Positions 47,561 through 61,045 of a DNA stretch of 64,000 bases are shown in pieces. The position numbers and the translations under genes are program-made. The notes beneath the pieces are model-generated. The model ran no database searches. It was not told where the DNA came from and saw nothing but the letters and a program-made list of their open reading frames with translations. Each line of letters begins with the position of its first letter. The stretch's first letter is position 1. Origin of the DNA: Camelus ferus (lineage: Eukaryota); contig NC_045697.1 in the NCBI RefSeq assembly GCF_009834535.1, positions 88,414,001-88,478,000 of the forward strand. Reading direction: 5' to 3'.

Positions 47561-50289
47561 ATGCCTCTGTGATGATATATTTGAGTTTACACAGTCTTGT
47601 AAAGGACCACTTTCTATCGGCACTTTCAAATGAATAGAAATGAAATGCCTTATGTTTTTCCAGTTTTTAATTTCATGATTGCCTGTGGGTTTTTTCAAAT
47701 ACTCTTTTTCTTTGACTTTTAGAGTTACAAATGATTATAATTTTATGTGACTTTCCAGGCAATTCCACTGCCTCAGAATGTTTCATGACCTATCATTTAA
47801 GAAAAAAATAATACATTATCAGTGTACAAAGCTCTGAGAGGCTTTCCCTCTGAGATAACCCAGATAAATAAAATGACATGTGGTCACTAATCCCAAAATC
47901 AGCTATAAAGAAGTCATATTTCAAAATAGTACCTTATTCAGTTACTTGTTTTGAGTATCTTGGAGACCAGCCCTGATTTTGTTTACAGTATTTCTGTGAA
48001 TGTTGGCCTTCCAGCAGCAGCACCCATCAATTTGGGGGTAAGTGTTTGGAGCATGGGACAGTGTAGGAGGTTGGAACTCACCCTCTACAAAATCTGCTAA
48101 ACTGGTTTTACCTGATTCTAGTACTTATGAAGTTTTGAAGGGAAAGCCCAAGTGTCAGCCCTGAGCAAAATGTGAGGGTTGAACTATAAAGCCTTCAGAA
48201 ACATATAGAATTGTAATTAGCCATGATGAGTGAAACTTTAAATGGTTGAAGGCTGACTTTGTAGAAGCACGTTGAAACCTGACTTGATGTATGCCATTTC
48301 TCTTGACTATAGCCGGGAAACTTTACCGTGTCGGATTTCTGTTGTCATGTCTACTCTTGCTGTTTGCTGGCCAAAAAGTTGGCAACATTTCAGTAAGATA
48401 TTTGCCTGATTCCAGAAGATGTCCCTGAGGATACAGAGGGAAATGTCATGAGACTGTGTGTTGTGTTATCTGGAGGAAAACAATATAGAATTTAACAGTT
48501 AACAACAACAACAAAAAGTTGACACTTTTTTTGTTGGTTCTATTAGTAAAGATGATTAAAAATAAAAAACAAAAAACTTGTGATTGGTCCTTATTTTTCT
48601 CCTCACTTGAAAGCCTGGACAACTGTCAATTGCTAGGCTGACACGATTCTTCTTGCTCTGTCCGTGCTGACTTTGTACGCCTCCCTCCATCCTCCATCAT
48701 CTCTCTGTTCACAGGGTGACTAACTCCACTACCCTTGGAGGTCAATCTAGAAAGTTGCTTCTGGTAGGTGATGCCTTTTGCAGGCTTCGTTTTTTTTTTT
48801 TTTCCCTCCACTGTGTTTTCATAGCATCTTTACACCTCTTTTGAAATACGTGTCATATCATGCTACAATAGCTCTCTCCTTTTTGCCTTTCTTCCTCACT
48901 AGACTGGAAATTTCTCAAAGGTAAAAGCCATGCCATTCCCTGACTTTTTCGTAACATCTTGAATTTGCCAGCACTCAAAGTGATGATGAAGTGAACGACT
49001 TCTTTCACAGTGATAGTTTGCACGTCTTATCAAAGCCTAGTTCTGCAAATCTGTAGGAAAATGCTTAGGTTCATGATAATACATAGTAACGATAGCTCTT
49101 CCCTGCATAGTCTTAGGGCTGGGAAAAGAACAAAGAACAGAAAGTGCGTGATGATATACCAGATTTCATTCAGTTTCAGTGTGTTCATGGGTGTGAAAAC
49201 AGCCCAAGAGCACAATTCTTGAATTTGGCATAAACCACAACAAAGAAACACAACATAGAAATTAAAGTTTTACACTAAATTTTTTAAAATTTAGGTCAAC
49301 TCTTCCTTATGGAAATAACTTTAAAGTTTTTTAATTTACTGTTTTTCACATTATTTTCCCCATAGGATCCCTGAAGACGGTTCAGGGGCCACCCAGATGG
49401 ACTGAGCCTGACAACGGATAGACGCCCAGGTCCCCACATTTATTTCCAAAAAGGTCAGCTTTCACTAAGTATTTTGGATGTTAGTTTAGGCTCACCTCCC
49501 ACTCAAAACCTACATGAAATTGGCTCAAGCCCACACCAAATCAAGACACTCTGGTCATTTAAAACCTGGTACGTATTTTTGAAAATTCCCAGGGCCATCT
49601 CTGTCTCTTGGCTCTTGAGAATCTGTATGGTAATTCTGACTTCCATGTGATTGTAAGTTTCATTGATTAATACAATTAAAAAAGCCACAGAACCCAAGCA
49701 TGTATGAACACAGTAGGTCTCCTCTCTCCTTTTTTCCTTCCCAGATTGTCTTAGGAACACGTAACAAGCATTACACTTATGCTTGGCTCCAACCAACACA
49801 CAAACCAACTCTCCTGTAGGAGCAAGGGAAGCGGAGAATTCCCCAGCATTGGTTATAGTTCATTTCTCAATAAAACAGAGAGTGAGCCTGCTCCCTAATT
49901 CTGTCACATTTTGTCACTTGAGCCAAGAAACCATGCTAGCACTTAGAGATGCACAGAATGTCGTGTAAACATTTTATTCAGTATTTGCTTTAATCCCTAC
50001 CCCATTGGGGTTGTAAATATCCTTATACTGAGTAGGAACAGAGACTAAGTTATTCACTCAATTATTTTGTTTTTACTTCCATCCTAGAAGTGCTAGTGCT
50101 CAACACACACACACAGAGACACATTCTCTTTTCTCCTTCAGCCTGAAAATAAAACTCCTCCTGCACGGTAATGCATGCAAATAGATTTCTGGAGCAGTCA
50201 TCATCTCTCTGATTTGGCAAACAGTTTCCAAATTAGTTTGAGCTGGGTACAACTGGGACATCCTGTTGCACTTCTGCTTTTATAGCATA

Positions 50290-50965
50290 CTACCATTTAT
50301 AAAGTGCTATCACATACTCAGTTCTCTTATTAACCCTCAGAATGCTAGGTTCTTATCTATCTCCAGTTTAGATTAGAAAACTGAGGCCAAGAAGATTGCC
50401 AGGGTCACAGAAGGAGTTAAAGGTGTGTGAAGGTTAATTTCATGTGTCAGCTTGGCTGAGCTAAAGGATGCCCAGCTAACTGGTAAAATATTATTTCTGG
50501 GCATATCTGTGAAGATGTTTCTGGGGGAGATTAGCCTTTACAACTAAGCAAAGAAGATCGCCCTGACCAATGCACTGGGCATCATCCAGCCTGCTGAAGG
50601 CCTGAATAGAGCAAAGACACGGAGGGAGGGCAAATTCTCTCTCTCTTCTTGAGCTGAGATAGTCATCATCTCCTGCTCCTGCCCTCAGTCATCAGGGCCC
50701 TTGGTTCTTGGGCTTATGAGCTCTGACCAGGACTTGCAACATCAGCCCCCAAATTTCAGGCCTTCAGACTCACTGAATTACACCACTGGTTCTCCAGTTC
50801 ATAGATGGCAGACTGTGGGACTTCATGGTCTCCAAAACCATGTATGCCAATTGCTACAATAAATATTTTCTATCTATATCCATGTCTATCCTATGGGTTC
50901 TGTCTCCTGGGAGAACACTGACTAACACATGGTGCATCTGCAGCTTCAGCTCAGGCCTCCTGGCA
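50290..50965 (-). mobile_element. MIR remnant split by an MLT2 LTR
   Basis: ccagtttagattagaaaactgaggccaagaagattgccagggtcacag; resumes after 50930 with cagctcaggcctcctg. Confidence 0.65.
50426..50929 (+). mobile_element. ERV-L solo LTR (MLT2 family)
   Basis: tgtgaaggttaatttcatgtgtcagcttggctgagcta...attatttctgggcatatctgtgaagatgttt...ggttctgtctcctgggagaacactgactaacaca. TSD aggtg/tggtg. Confidence 0.9.
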
Positions 50966-52650
50966 CCCTACAGAAAGTCAGTGATGAAGAGGGAATGATT
51001 TAACATGGAACATTCTTTCAGGGCTAGATGTACTTGTATGCATTCTATTTTATTTTTAGCCACGTTTTCTTTTCCCCACCCCCTCCCCCTCCCCCTTCTC
51101 TTCTTTTAGCTTTAGCTATTTAAAACATGGTGGGAGGGGTGGGGTAGAGGAGGAAGAATCATCTGCTGAATTTCAACATCCTCATATCCCTTGAGAACCA
51201 AGCAGGCTTCTTGGACCATTATTTTGAGACATGACAGTTGGGCTTCAGTAGTATAGTATGAGTCCCAAGGGGGCGGCCTTAGGAGAGACACTGGCTAGCG
51301 GTTGCCCAAGGGTCATCTGCCACTGGCAGACACACTACCTTCTAGGGACTACTTTGTGGACAGCAGCTCTGAGCTGGCTGGGAGCAAGCCTGTTCCAAGG
51401 ATCTCCCACAGCGCCTTGCACAGTGCTAAGCAAAATAATTTTTTGCTAAGCTACTGGAAATTAAAAATGAGGGATAAGAGTGAGTGGTGTTTTTACTGTC
51501 TATAAGATTGGGAGAGTAAGAATACAGGGCAGTGAGAATTAAACATATATATGTTTTTCATTTGTCATTAATGCTACCTAGACTATAAATCTACAGAAAA
51601 AGAGGTGTAACAAAAGTCTTAGAGAGAGGAAAGCTATGATTTCAATGTTTACTGCTTATATAAAACAAAATAAGGTGATATATAAGAAATATTCTCATAT
51701 TTTTAGAATAAATTCATACAGAAAGTGACATAATTTTAATTACTTGCTTTAAATCAAACAATTCTCTTTTGGAAGTAGTCTGCTGAAGATCAGATGAACA
51801 AGAAGTACATTGGCCAAGTTCAACCCTCTTCCATGAATTGTGCGGATGCTCCTAAGGAGGTACTGTTTATGTGACACATAGAGCAGTTTTTTACTTCTTA
51901 TTCTGATTATTCACATAAATAATTCTTATTTAAATAAAAATAATATATGCTCACTCATTATTAAAAAAAAAATCAAACTACCTAGAGAGTAGAGAGGAAA
52001 AATACCCAAAAGCATTGCCTACTTCTCCTCAGTCCACGCTGTTCCAAATGGAAGATTTTAGTGAGCATTTAGGGAATTTTGTAGAGTCATTTTCTTTTTT
52101 CAGGGTTGATTCTGGGATCAGGGAAGCTGGCTCTGGGCCTGCACCATGCCACCTGTCACATCAGAATTCTGTTTCTGTCCTTTTTGTGGTTAATGGCTTT
52201 CATTTGTTCTTATTTCCTTATTTGGTTTCGGCTTCTGAAGGGATTCTTTTCTTTCTTTCTCTCTTATTTAAAACCTATTTCTGTTCATTTTATAAGGATG
52301 GGGGAGGGTGATTTCATGCTGCTGTGTAACTCTTCTGGTAACCCCCAAACTCCTGTTTGGTTTATAAAGCTAAAATGTGAAGTCAATTAACATTTCCAAA
52401 GAATGTTAGCCCTGTGTTTTGCCTCCACAGGGTTGAGATCGATATGGAATGCTTGGACAAGTAAAGGAGGAAGAAGTTTACATTTTGTTTCAGTCTAACT
52501 CTGATCAGCTGGAAGAGTATAGACTTAATCAAACCAATCTTTGAGCTCTGTTGTCAACTTGGAAAATACTTCACTTTCAGGGTTCCACCAATACACGCAG
52601 TATATTCATGAATCAAGTTTCACATGTTACTTTCTAGAGGCTGGAGTGAA

Positions 52651-53061
52651 TGTCACAGATATCCTGATGTACTGCCCAGATCCCCCTTAAGTGAAGGAAC
52701 TGTGGCCTCAGCTGTCTGGAGTCTTGTCATCAGGCGCCTTCAGCATCTTCAGAAACTGTCTCCCCTGCAGAGAACCATCAAAGTCACACCTCTTTCCCTG
52801 CAGCCACGTCCAGTGGCAAATCTGTATGGGAGAGACACTGCCTGGTTATTTCCATCCAGTTGAGAACAAATCTGAAGGGCCATTCTTGCTTCTTAACTCC
52901 TCATGGGATCAGCAAAACCTGTCACTGGCCCAGCAGCTCTGCCCACTTTTGCTGACTTACCCTCCCTATGCAGGTATTGATCCCAAGGGTGCTCTCTAAA
53001 AAACACCCTGAATACTAAATCTCCTCTCAGAATTTACATTCAGGGAACCCAGTCTGTGACA
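52651..53061 (+). mobile_element. ERV-L solo LTR (LTR16 family)
   Basis: Termini tgtcacaga...tctgtgaca; gcccagatcccccttaagtgaagg; caggtattgatcccaagggtgctc; ctcagaatttacattcagggaaccc. Confidence 0.85.
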
Positions 53062-53149
53062 GCAGACACTGTGAGTTTTCTCACCAACATCTACTCTTTC
53101 CTTGTCCCACTATGTTGCAATATTTCATTTGGTGGAATTAGCTTAGCAC

Positions 53150-53530
53150 TCAGCGGTGGGATGAGTGCTTTATCTAAGACAGTCAGGGTATTCCTATCTA
53201 ACTTGCCACAGTCAAAGGTTCAGATAATCCAGGGCTAGCAAATTAGTACATGACAGTCACCTGCCTAGGGAATTACTCAGGGACAGTTCCATCACTGTGA
53301 ATTTCAAGACTTGGGTGATGATAGGAATTCATGCTGCTCTCTGCCTAGATGTGAACCATATTGCCTTCAGTGGCTGCTAGTAACCAACTTCTAACAATGA
53401 TGGGAACCAACTTGTGATGATAACACACAAAGGACAGAAGAACTGAAGGAGGAATTGAGAAAATGAGCCAGGCCTGGATGCAAATATGCCTGTATCCTTT
53501 CCTACAGGTGGGTGTAGGTTCAGATGATTC
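53150..53530 (+). mobile_element. Old MaLR LTR remnant (MLT1K/L-like)
   Basis: ctaagacagtcagggtattcctatc...gctgctagtaaccaacttctaacaatgatgggaacc...cctggatgcaaatatgcctg. Confidence 0.5.
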
Positions 53531-54959
53531 ATCAGGATGGCAGTCTTCTTCTAAGAAAAATCACTTTAGAAATATCATATGAAATGGTTCTGAGTACTCT
53601 TAAAGGGTAATTGACTCAAAGAATAAAAGCTTTAGCCTGATCATAAGCTGGTTTATGAAACAAACCCATTAGTGTTCAGAACAATCCTTCTTGTCCTATT
53701 ATTTGAGTTAGACCTACATAAAGAAACAAAAAATTGGGGATAATGGGTATCTCAAGCAACTTGGCTACATGTATCTGTATATGTTGGTCATAATTTTATT
53801 GCTTTCAGCTTGAAGCCTTTGCAAATGCATGGTGATTATATTAGTGAGATAATGGAATTTTTTTTCATTCTCTTTTACCCATTAAAATAAACCAATGATT
53901 ACAAAAAAATGCTTCAACACTCAAATGCAGTGTGGGTACATTATAGTAATTTTGTGTAGTTTAGTGACACCAAATAATGCAAACTCTGTCATTTACATTC
54001 TCAGTTGAACTTCACTTAAATGGAAATTCGTTAGCAGGTTTTTATGTAAATGAATGAGCCATACAGATACAAGCCCAAGATCTTGGTCAACTTTTGGGTA
54101 CATTATGCAATATTGTATTTTTAAATTTATTCTGTCTCATTTATTGTCAGAAAATATCTGATACATATGGAAAATACTGGCTGCTTAGTAAAATTCATAA
54201 GACAAAATTCAGCTGAAAATGAGTATAATATTTCTGGAGATCTAGCCCAAAATTGCATATGTAAACTAGTAAAAGACAGAAAAGAGAATAAAAGTAGCAG
54301 GAATATAAAAAACACTCACTTATTCTTGAGTGTGTGATATATATGTTCATATAAATGATATTAAAATCAACAGGAGCTATTCTCATCTTAACACTTGCAG
54401 AGAACTAAAATCAGAGAGGAAGAACAACTCTTGTTCATTGATGATTCACCAGACTACAAGTAGCTTCTCCACAGTGTACCTGGAAATTTACAAACAGAAA
54501 AAGGTTTCAGTTATTTTTCTGAATGAATCCCCATGTGAGCTCTGACATGGCAAGTGAAGAAACTCAAATGTCACTGAATATTGCCCCCAAAGCTTAAGAG
54601 TATATCCTATGTGAATTTTTCTAAATATTTCAATCTTATATTTTATTCATTTTATTTAAAATGGAAAGAAATTCTGGTTATCTGTAGGGAGAAAACAAAA
54701 ACAAATAAAATAAAAACTAAGTGGACAGTAAATTTCCTGATAATAAGAGAATCTTGCAAAAATCACTCAAGAAATTTAATTTACATTTCCTGTCAGTTTA
54801 AAACTAAACTATGAAAAGAAAAAAGAAGGTACAATACAAATTCTAACATGGAGACTTTTGCACTGTTACAAAATTAAGTATTGAGATTCTATTTTAGCTT
54901 AATGAATGAAAGAGTGGTTTAAGACTGAAATAATTAAAATAAAGGAAAATAATTGTTTA

Positions 54960-55300
54960 TTGGCTTAATACATGAAATTTTCTTTTTAATGATATCACTC
55001 CATTGTTTGAAATCACTTGATAGCTTCTACTGCCTATGGGATAAGTTTCCAAGTGTGCATCTGGGCATTTAAGTGTCTCTCTAGTGTACTCCCGATCTGA
55101 CCTTCCACATTCCTCTTCCTCCACAGATCCTTCTGTAGGGCCGTACAGGTCTGCTTGTCCTTCCCCCAAATTGCCCAACACGTCCTTTCCCCTCCTTTGC
55201 TTCTCCTGTCTCCTCTCTTGGCAAGAAGGTCTTCTGCCACGTCCCAGCCGGAAGACAGTCTTCTTTCTCCTCCAAATCCCCATCTCCTGTTATCTTACTA
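54960..55300 (+). mobile_element. LINE-2 remnant
   Basis: gatatcactccattgtttgaaatcacttgatagcttctactgcctatgggataagtttccaag. Confidence 0.55.
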
Positions 55301-56310
55301 CATAGTCCAGAATTCAACTGAAGAAGATAACTGTCTCTGCATAAAAAGAAACAAACTTTGATAAAATTCCCGAGGAAAGAGGTGAAACCCTAAAGTGGTG
55401 GAAATAAAGCCAAGAGCTAAAATACTCTGATCGAGTATAAACAGGAAGAGGGAGAGAGACATGAGATGGGTGTGTGTGGGAGTGGTGGTGGTGGTGGGAG
55501 GGGCGGTGACAAAATAAACAGATGTGCAACGTGGTAGATTTACTTTGGACATTGTAGAAGCCAAAATACATGATGTTCCAGTTTAGACAGTGTTTCTGTG
55601 CTATTCTAATCACTCAAGTCTTTGGTAGATTCTGCCACGCACAAAAAGCTTTTTGAGCATTTTCTTTGTCTTTTCTTTTGAAGTAGGAGAAAGACTATAA
55701 AGTCCACATCTGTTTCAATGTCAGCGAGAAGATGAGTGAAGAGCCTCAAGACTTAGGGCAAAAAATTAAACTTCAGAGTGAGCAGGAGATAGGAGCGAGA
55801 GGTGGCGAGAGAAATAGCTTTTCCTTAGGATTTAGCAGAATTCTTAGGGATGGCATGGATTTTCTCCAAGCGATAAACGAGGAGTTTTGCTCAAGCTTCC
55901 CGTCAGATGACCAGTCATCTCAGTTTGCCCAGCACTGAAGGCTTTCCTGGGATAGGGACAGTCAGAGCTGAAAAGTCCTGGGCACAGTGAGATGGCTCAT
56001 CCACTCTCACAAAGGGCAGAAAGCCACTAACCTACATCCCTGGGCCACAGACACACTCTCTGGCACACACGTGGCACCTAACACACAATATCTTGAATTG
56101 TTAGTTGTCATTCTCTTTGTAAAGTATGGGAGAAAAGGTAGTATAGTATTTTTTTGTTTGTTTTTCCAAAAAACCCACACACCTGATCTGTAATCTAAAT
56201 TTGCACCCCATCCCTAATTATTAGCTGAAAAGATTTTAACCTTAATAGTTACCCAGATAATTTATTCAGTGCATTTTTGTCACTTTCCTTTTGGAGTTAC
56301 TTTCATGCCT

Positions 56311-56552
56311 TTGATTCTCAACTGGTACTGATTTTGCCCCCTTCCTCCGAAGGACATCTGTCAATGTCTGGAGAAATCTGTGGTTGTCACAACTCATGTG
56401 TGTGTGTGGGGGGGGTGATAGGGTGGCCACTGGAATTTAGTGAGTAGTGGCCAGGGAAGCTGCTAAACATCCTACAGAGTACAAGACATCCCCCCCAACA
56501 AAGAATTTTTTGGCAAAAAAATTGTCAATGATACTCAGGTGGAAAACCCCGA
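56311..56552. mobile_element. MER20 (hAT-Charlie) MITE
   Basis: gattctcaactgg...gattttgccccc...ggacatctgtcaatgtctggaga...ggttgtcacaac...gctgctaaacatcctaca...ccccaacaaagaatt...ggtggaaaacccc. Confidence 0.9.
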
Positions 56553-58419
56553 TTTAGATCCTGAATCATATTCTTCTATCATAGCGTTGGCACATGCTTG
56601 GCTGGAAATGAGGATTCGATATTTGAAAACCATGAAAATCATTTGAGGAGAAAGTGACACTGTGAAAGCCTGCTTTAAAAAGCACCCTTTCCATGCCAAG
56701 CACAGAGCAATGACAGGTAAACTAATTCTAAAACATCAAAAGAAGTGTCCGTAAACAAGATAAGAATCTTTATGGACCAGAAATGGAATAGGAACACACA
56801 GCTGTAGCCTGGGCTGGCGGGGATCTGGCTCCAAAAGCAAACAAAGGCAGCTGGAGTTCAATTCTGCAGGGGAACAGGATCCCCAGAGCCCTCTGCCTGG
56901 CCAGGGACCAGAGCCGGGCTCAGCTCTGAAAGCAGGGAACCCGCAGTTGCTGCAACATTCCACGAGGAACAGAAGAAACCTCTTACCGCACCTCTGAGCT
57001 CTGGCTTTTACAAGATCTGGTCTAAAACAATGAAAGCTTATTTCTGCTTGGCTACATGTGCACTGTAGGCTGATAGGAGCCTGTGCGCATGACATTGTAT
57101 GCCGTTCTAGACGTAGGCTGACAAAGAAGCATCCACTTTCATATGTGCTGGCATCCAGGTCAAGTGAAAGAGGGCCCTAGGAGGTCTTGTGTCAGTGACA
57201 CTATGCTCTGATCTGGTAGGGAAGCCTATCACTTCGGGCCAAAAGTTATTGTCTGATATTAGTCACTCGGCTTCAGGAAGTGCAGTTCTATGACGTGCCT
57301 GGAAAGAGGGTTAGCTCCACTAATGAACGCCATAAGCTCTTTATTTAAAGTTCTAAGAGGAAGCATAAAACGTCAAGAACCATGTCGCCACCAAGATGCT
57401 TGCTTGTTTGTTGACTGGATCTCTGATAACTCCAGTTTCATAATAGGTTAGAAACCTATTATGTATGAGATCTGGGCATAATGAGAGGGCCCTTGATGAA
57501 GCCAGGAAGAAGCTGATTATGTATCATTTATACACGTAGCGGAGTGTGAAGAGAGAGAAAGAACATATCCCCCACTTAAGATCAGCCCTCACTTCATCTC
57601 AAGGCACATGAGGAAAAGTAGCAGTATTTGGGGTTTTCCTCCTTCTGGACAAGTGGTAGGATTTCATAACCTTGCTCTCTTGCACTTAGGGCTGGAATGT
57701 GAGGAGAAGTGCCGTGTTTCAATTCCAGATTGAAGACTAGAAGAGTTGGTGCATGAATGAGACTCTGTGTTCCTTTCTTCCCACCACAGAAGCAGGTGTA
57801 TTGCAAATAGTTTAGGGTCTGAGAGCCTGGTGCCTGAATGGAGGGCAGATCTTCCTACAGACTGGAGATGGGCATATAGCTTAATTGAGTTATCTACCTA
57901 TATTATTTTAATCCACTGAGATTTTCATGTTATGCGGCAAAATTTATCTTACCCTGACACTAATACAGTAGTTATTCAAGAAATGTGTGTTGAGTGCTTA
58001 GAAAATCTTAAAGCTTGTGAGTGTTTAAGCTGAGCTTTTGAAAGCGTGCTAAGGTGTAAACTGAAAATTTTGGAGGAAGACATTCTCATCTGAAGTGCAG
58101 AGGCAGAGTGCTGGCAGAGTGTATCAATGTGATAGAACCAACAAGGGCGTTTTGCTTGGGTGTGCAGGTGAAGAGCAGGTGGAAAGAACATTTTATGGGA
58201 GAAGAAATAAGATGTAAATTACAGCAGGTAAAGGAGTATCAGTTAATATAAAACTTATCATTTCAGTTTGAAGAATTCAAATCTTGCTTTCTTGAAAACA
58301 ACTTAGGTGATTTTAGATATGAATGCCACATGGAATGGTAGTCATTTCAATGATAATTACTCCAGTAGTCACATTTAGGATGATTTCAAATTGGAGAAGT
58401 AGGCTAAGAAACAATTACA

Positions 58420-58745
58420 ATAATAAAAAAAAATGTGAAATAAAAAACACAATTTGGGTATTGATAGTGGAATGATATAAACTTGAGAATGATTGCCCAA
58501 GGCAATATGAACAGAACATTTTTACTATACATGAGAAAGTTTGGAGGACGGCAAATTTAAGAAAGTAAATCAAAGCAGAATCAAGGTCACACATCTGGGA
58601 GATGAAGATGGTGTCTGTCTGCAGGAGTAGATGGCAGATTGAACTATAGGTTTTAGGGGTGGAAGGGCATTTCATGGTGATCTCTGGAATGCAGTTATGA
58701 TTCTATGGCTCATATGGGAGGTTAGGACTGAAAATGCAGATTTAT
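58420..58745 (-). mobile_element. LINE-2 remnant
   Basis: aatcaaggtcacacatctgggagatgaagatggtgtc...gggaggttaggactgaaaatgcagattt. Confidence 0.5.
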
Positions 58746-60362
58746 TTACAAACAGTCCATTTATTCCGTCGGTGTGGTTCATATTCAGTAGATAGGCAAC
58801 CCAAAGTTTTGGTGAATCACTTATGTGATACTCAGCAAAGGTAAGAGCCTTGCCAAGTTTGTAATTATGTTGTTAGATTCATCACTGACAGGCTTTAGAG
58901 TTTCAGTATTTTAAAAAAAAAAAAAGGCTACCATGCAGATAAAGGAGAAAAGAGATTGCCAAAATATAGGGATTCTTACAATTTATACTTGCTCCTTTAC
59001 CCAGCTTTAAGGGGCTTAACTTTCAGCTACAGAATCGACTTCAGCCTGATCTGAAGAACAAATAAGAACTTACTCTGGGAGATAATCTTTTTTTATTAGT
59101 TCCTTTAAAGGTTTTAGGTTATATGTGTGCACTGTGACGTCTAGTCACTGTAGTTACTGCTTTTGAAAACTTTTGATCCCTTTTAAATCAAGACTAGATT
59201 TATTGTCAGCATGAGTATCCAGAAATAGGCTGTGCTTACATGAATTTGTATTTGAGTTCAGAAATGCTAAAAAAAATGAATATTTTCTTCTCGGGTCATG
59301 GCATTTTATGATCTTTGTTGCTATGGTTCGAAGCTCAAAAGCACAGTGTTAGCTTTATATAAAATACTTAATGCAAAATAATATCATCTTAAAAGTGCTT
59401 CCTGTGAACTTGATAGCACAGAATGAATTAAGAAGCAAGCAACTAACCCCAGGCAGATTTTGCTAGGCTGACAAAGGAACTAGCATATATACAGGCAACA
59501 TATGACAATCAATGTAAAAAATTTTTTTTTAATTTTCATGATATTGGATCGAAACAGAGCAATTTCCACATTAAGATTTCAGGAATCTTGACAAATGCTG
59601 CAGTATCTATACATAAAGATAAAATAAATGTTGCTGACAATACCACGTAAGCTAAATTAGTTAAAGTTCAATAATGTGCCTGTGATTGAATGTATATTAA
59701 TTTTGCTTTTGGGAAAAAAAGGTATTTCTGACAGAATTATTATACATAGTGAAGAAATAATTCTAAGCTATAAACTCTAAAAAATAAGTAAGTTATGCAG
59801 GATCCAGGTATTTAGAATTCCTAATTCAAACATTTTACTAAGTTTTTTTCACATATTAAATTAGACAACAATTTCCAAAAATGTTTCTTCCTATTAATAC
59901 AGTCTCCAAACAGTGAAAACTTCTTGAGGATTACATGTATTTTTCCCCAAATTTCCGAAATTTATAACTAGCCATCAGGGCAATTGAAATGTTGCTAGAC
60001 CCAGAGAGACCAGATTCTGCTTCTCCATAATCCTCTAGAAATTATCCTATTTTCACACAGTCTGGGAATCTGTTTGGGTTGTTTTAAACCAGTGAGAAAC
60101 AAGTGCTTAAGCCATGCCCGAAAGCAGATGTTTGAAAAACTGATGGCAATTTCTCATCCTATGTGGGAGAATTCTTTGTGTGTGACATAGGATGAGAAAC
60201 AAGCCAAATGATCTCAAAACAACATCACCGAAACATTTTAACTCTATGAAACACTAATTTCCAAAGGAAGATTCTGAACACTGTGGAATTTGTTTTTCCT
60301 CCTTTGTGGGGCAAAGAAAACATTTTCCTTTTCCTTCCTTTTTTTTCCCTTTAATGTTATTT

Positions 60363-60365
<3 letters not shown>

Positions 60366-60398
<33 letters not shown>
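60366..60398. repeat. (CA)n microsatellite
   Basis: Pure AC run. Confidence 0.95.
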
Positions 60399-60403
<5 letters not shown>

Positions 60404-60869
60404 CAACTGAAAAGAAGCCATGCACGTTTTCTTAGTAGTACCATTTTTCTGATGGCTGAGACATTCCGAAGTTCTACATGACTGCACTACAGAAAGAATG
60501 TTACTGATTTTGTACTTCAGGTATGCTCAGGATTTAGGCTCCACTTTGGCCAAGGGAGGAACTTAAAAAATTTCACGCCAACAAGAATTACTGCAAAAGT
60601 CAAGAGTCTTTCTGATTGCTTAATGAAGGTCTCCATTTTGAATCATAAAAGAAACATAGAAATTTGTCAAAACATGATGGAAATACCGATCGTGTTTTCT
60701 GTTGCTAACCTAAAAGCCTAGATATTTACATGTAGAAACACTCTAGCCTTGATGGTTGGGTAGAAATTGTCAGGATTCAAGTCTTATTAATGTAGAAGAG
60801 AGATGATCACTTCTAAATCAGACTTTACTGCTTACATCACTTACATAGAACTGTTTTAAGTAGTTTAAA

Positions 60870-61045
60870 ATATTAACTCATAACAACCCTATGAATTAGT
60901 TACTCCTATCGCTGTTTTAGACAGGAGGAAGCTGCTGCTACTCAAAGCAGTTAAGTAACTTGCCCAGGGCCTGCTGTCGGGAACTGGCAAGGTAGCATTT
61001 GAAGCGGGCAGATCAGTGCCACAGTCCACACTTTGAACCAGCGTG
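60870..61045 (-). mobile_element. MIR remnant
   Basis: ctcataacaaccctatgaattag...gttttagacaggaggaagctg...gttaagtaacttgcccagggc. Confidence 0.75.

Noticed and set aside
48313..48392. Possible plus-strand exon (tag|...TCA|gtaaga)
   Set aside because: The donor is mediocre, two frames are equally open, and there is no recognisable product or partner exon.
55732..55938. 68-aa ATG ORF with natural-looking composition
   Set aside because: No domain similarity recognised and no promoter or splice support.
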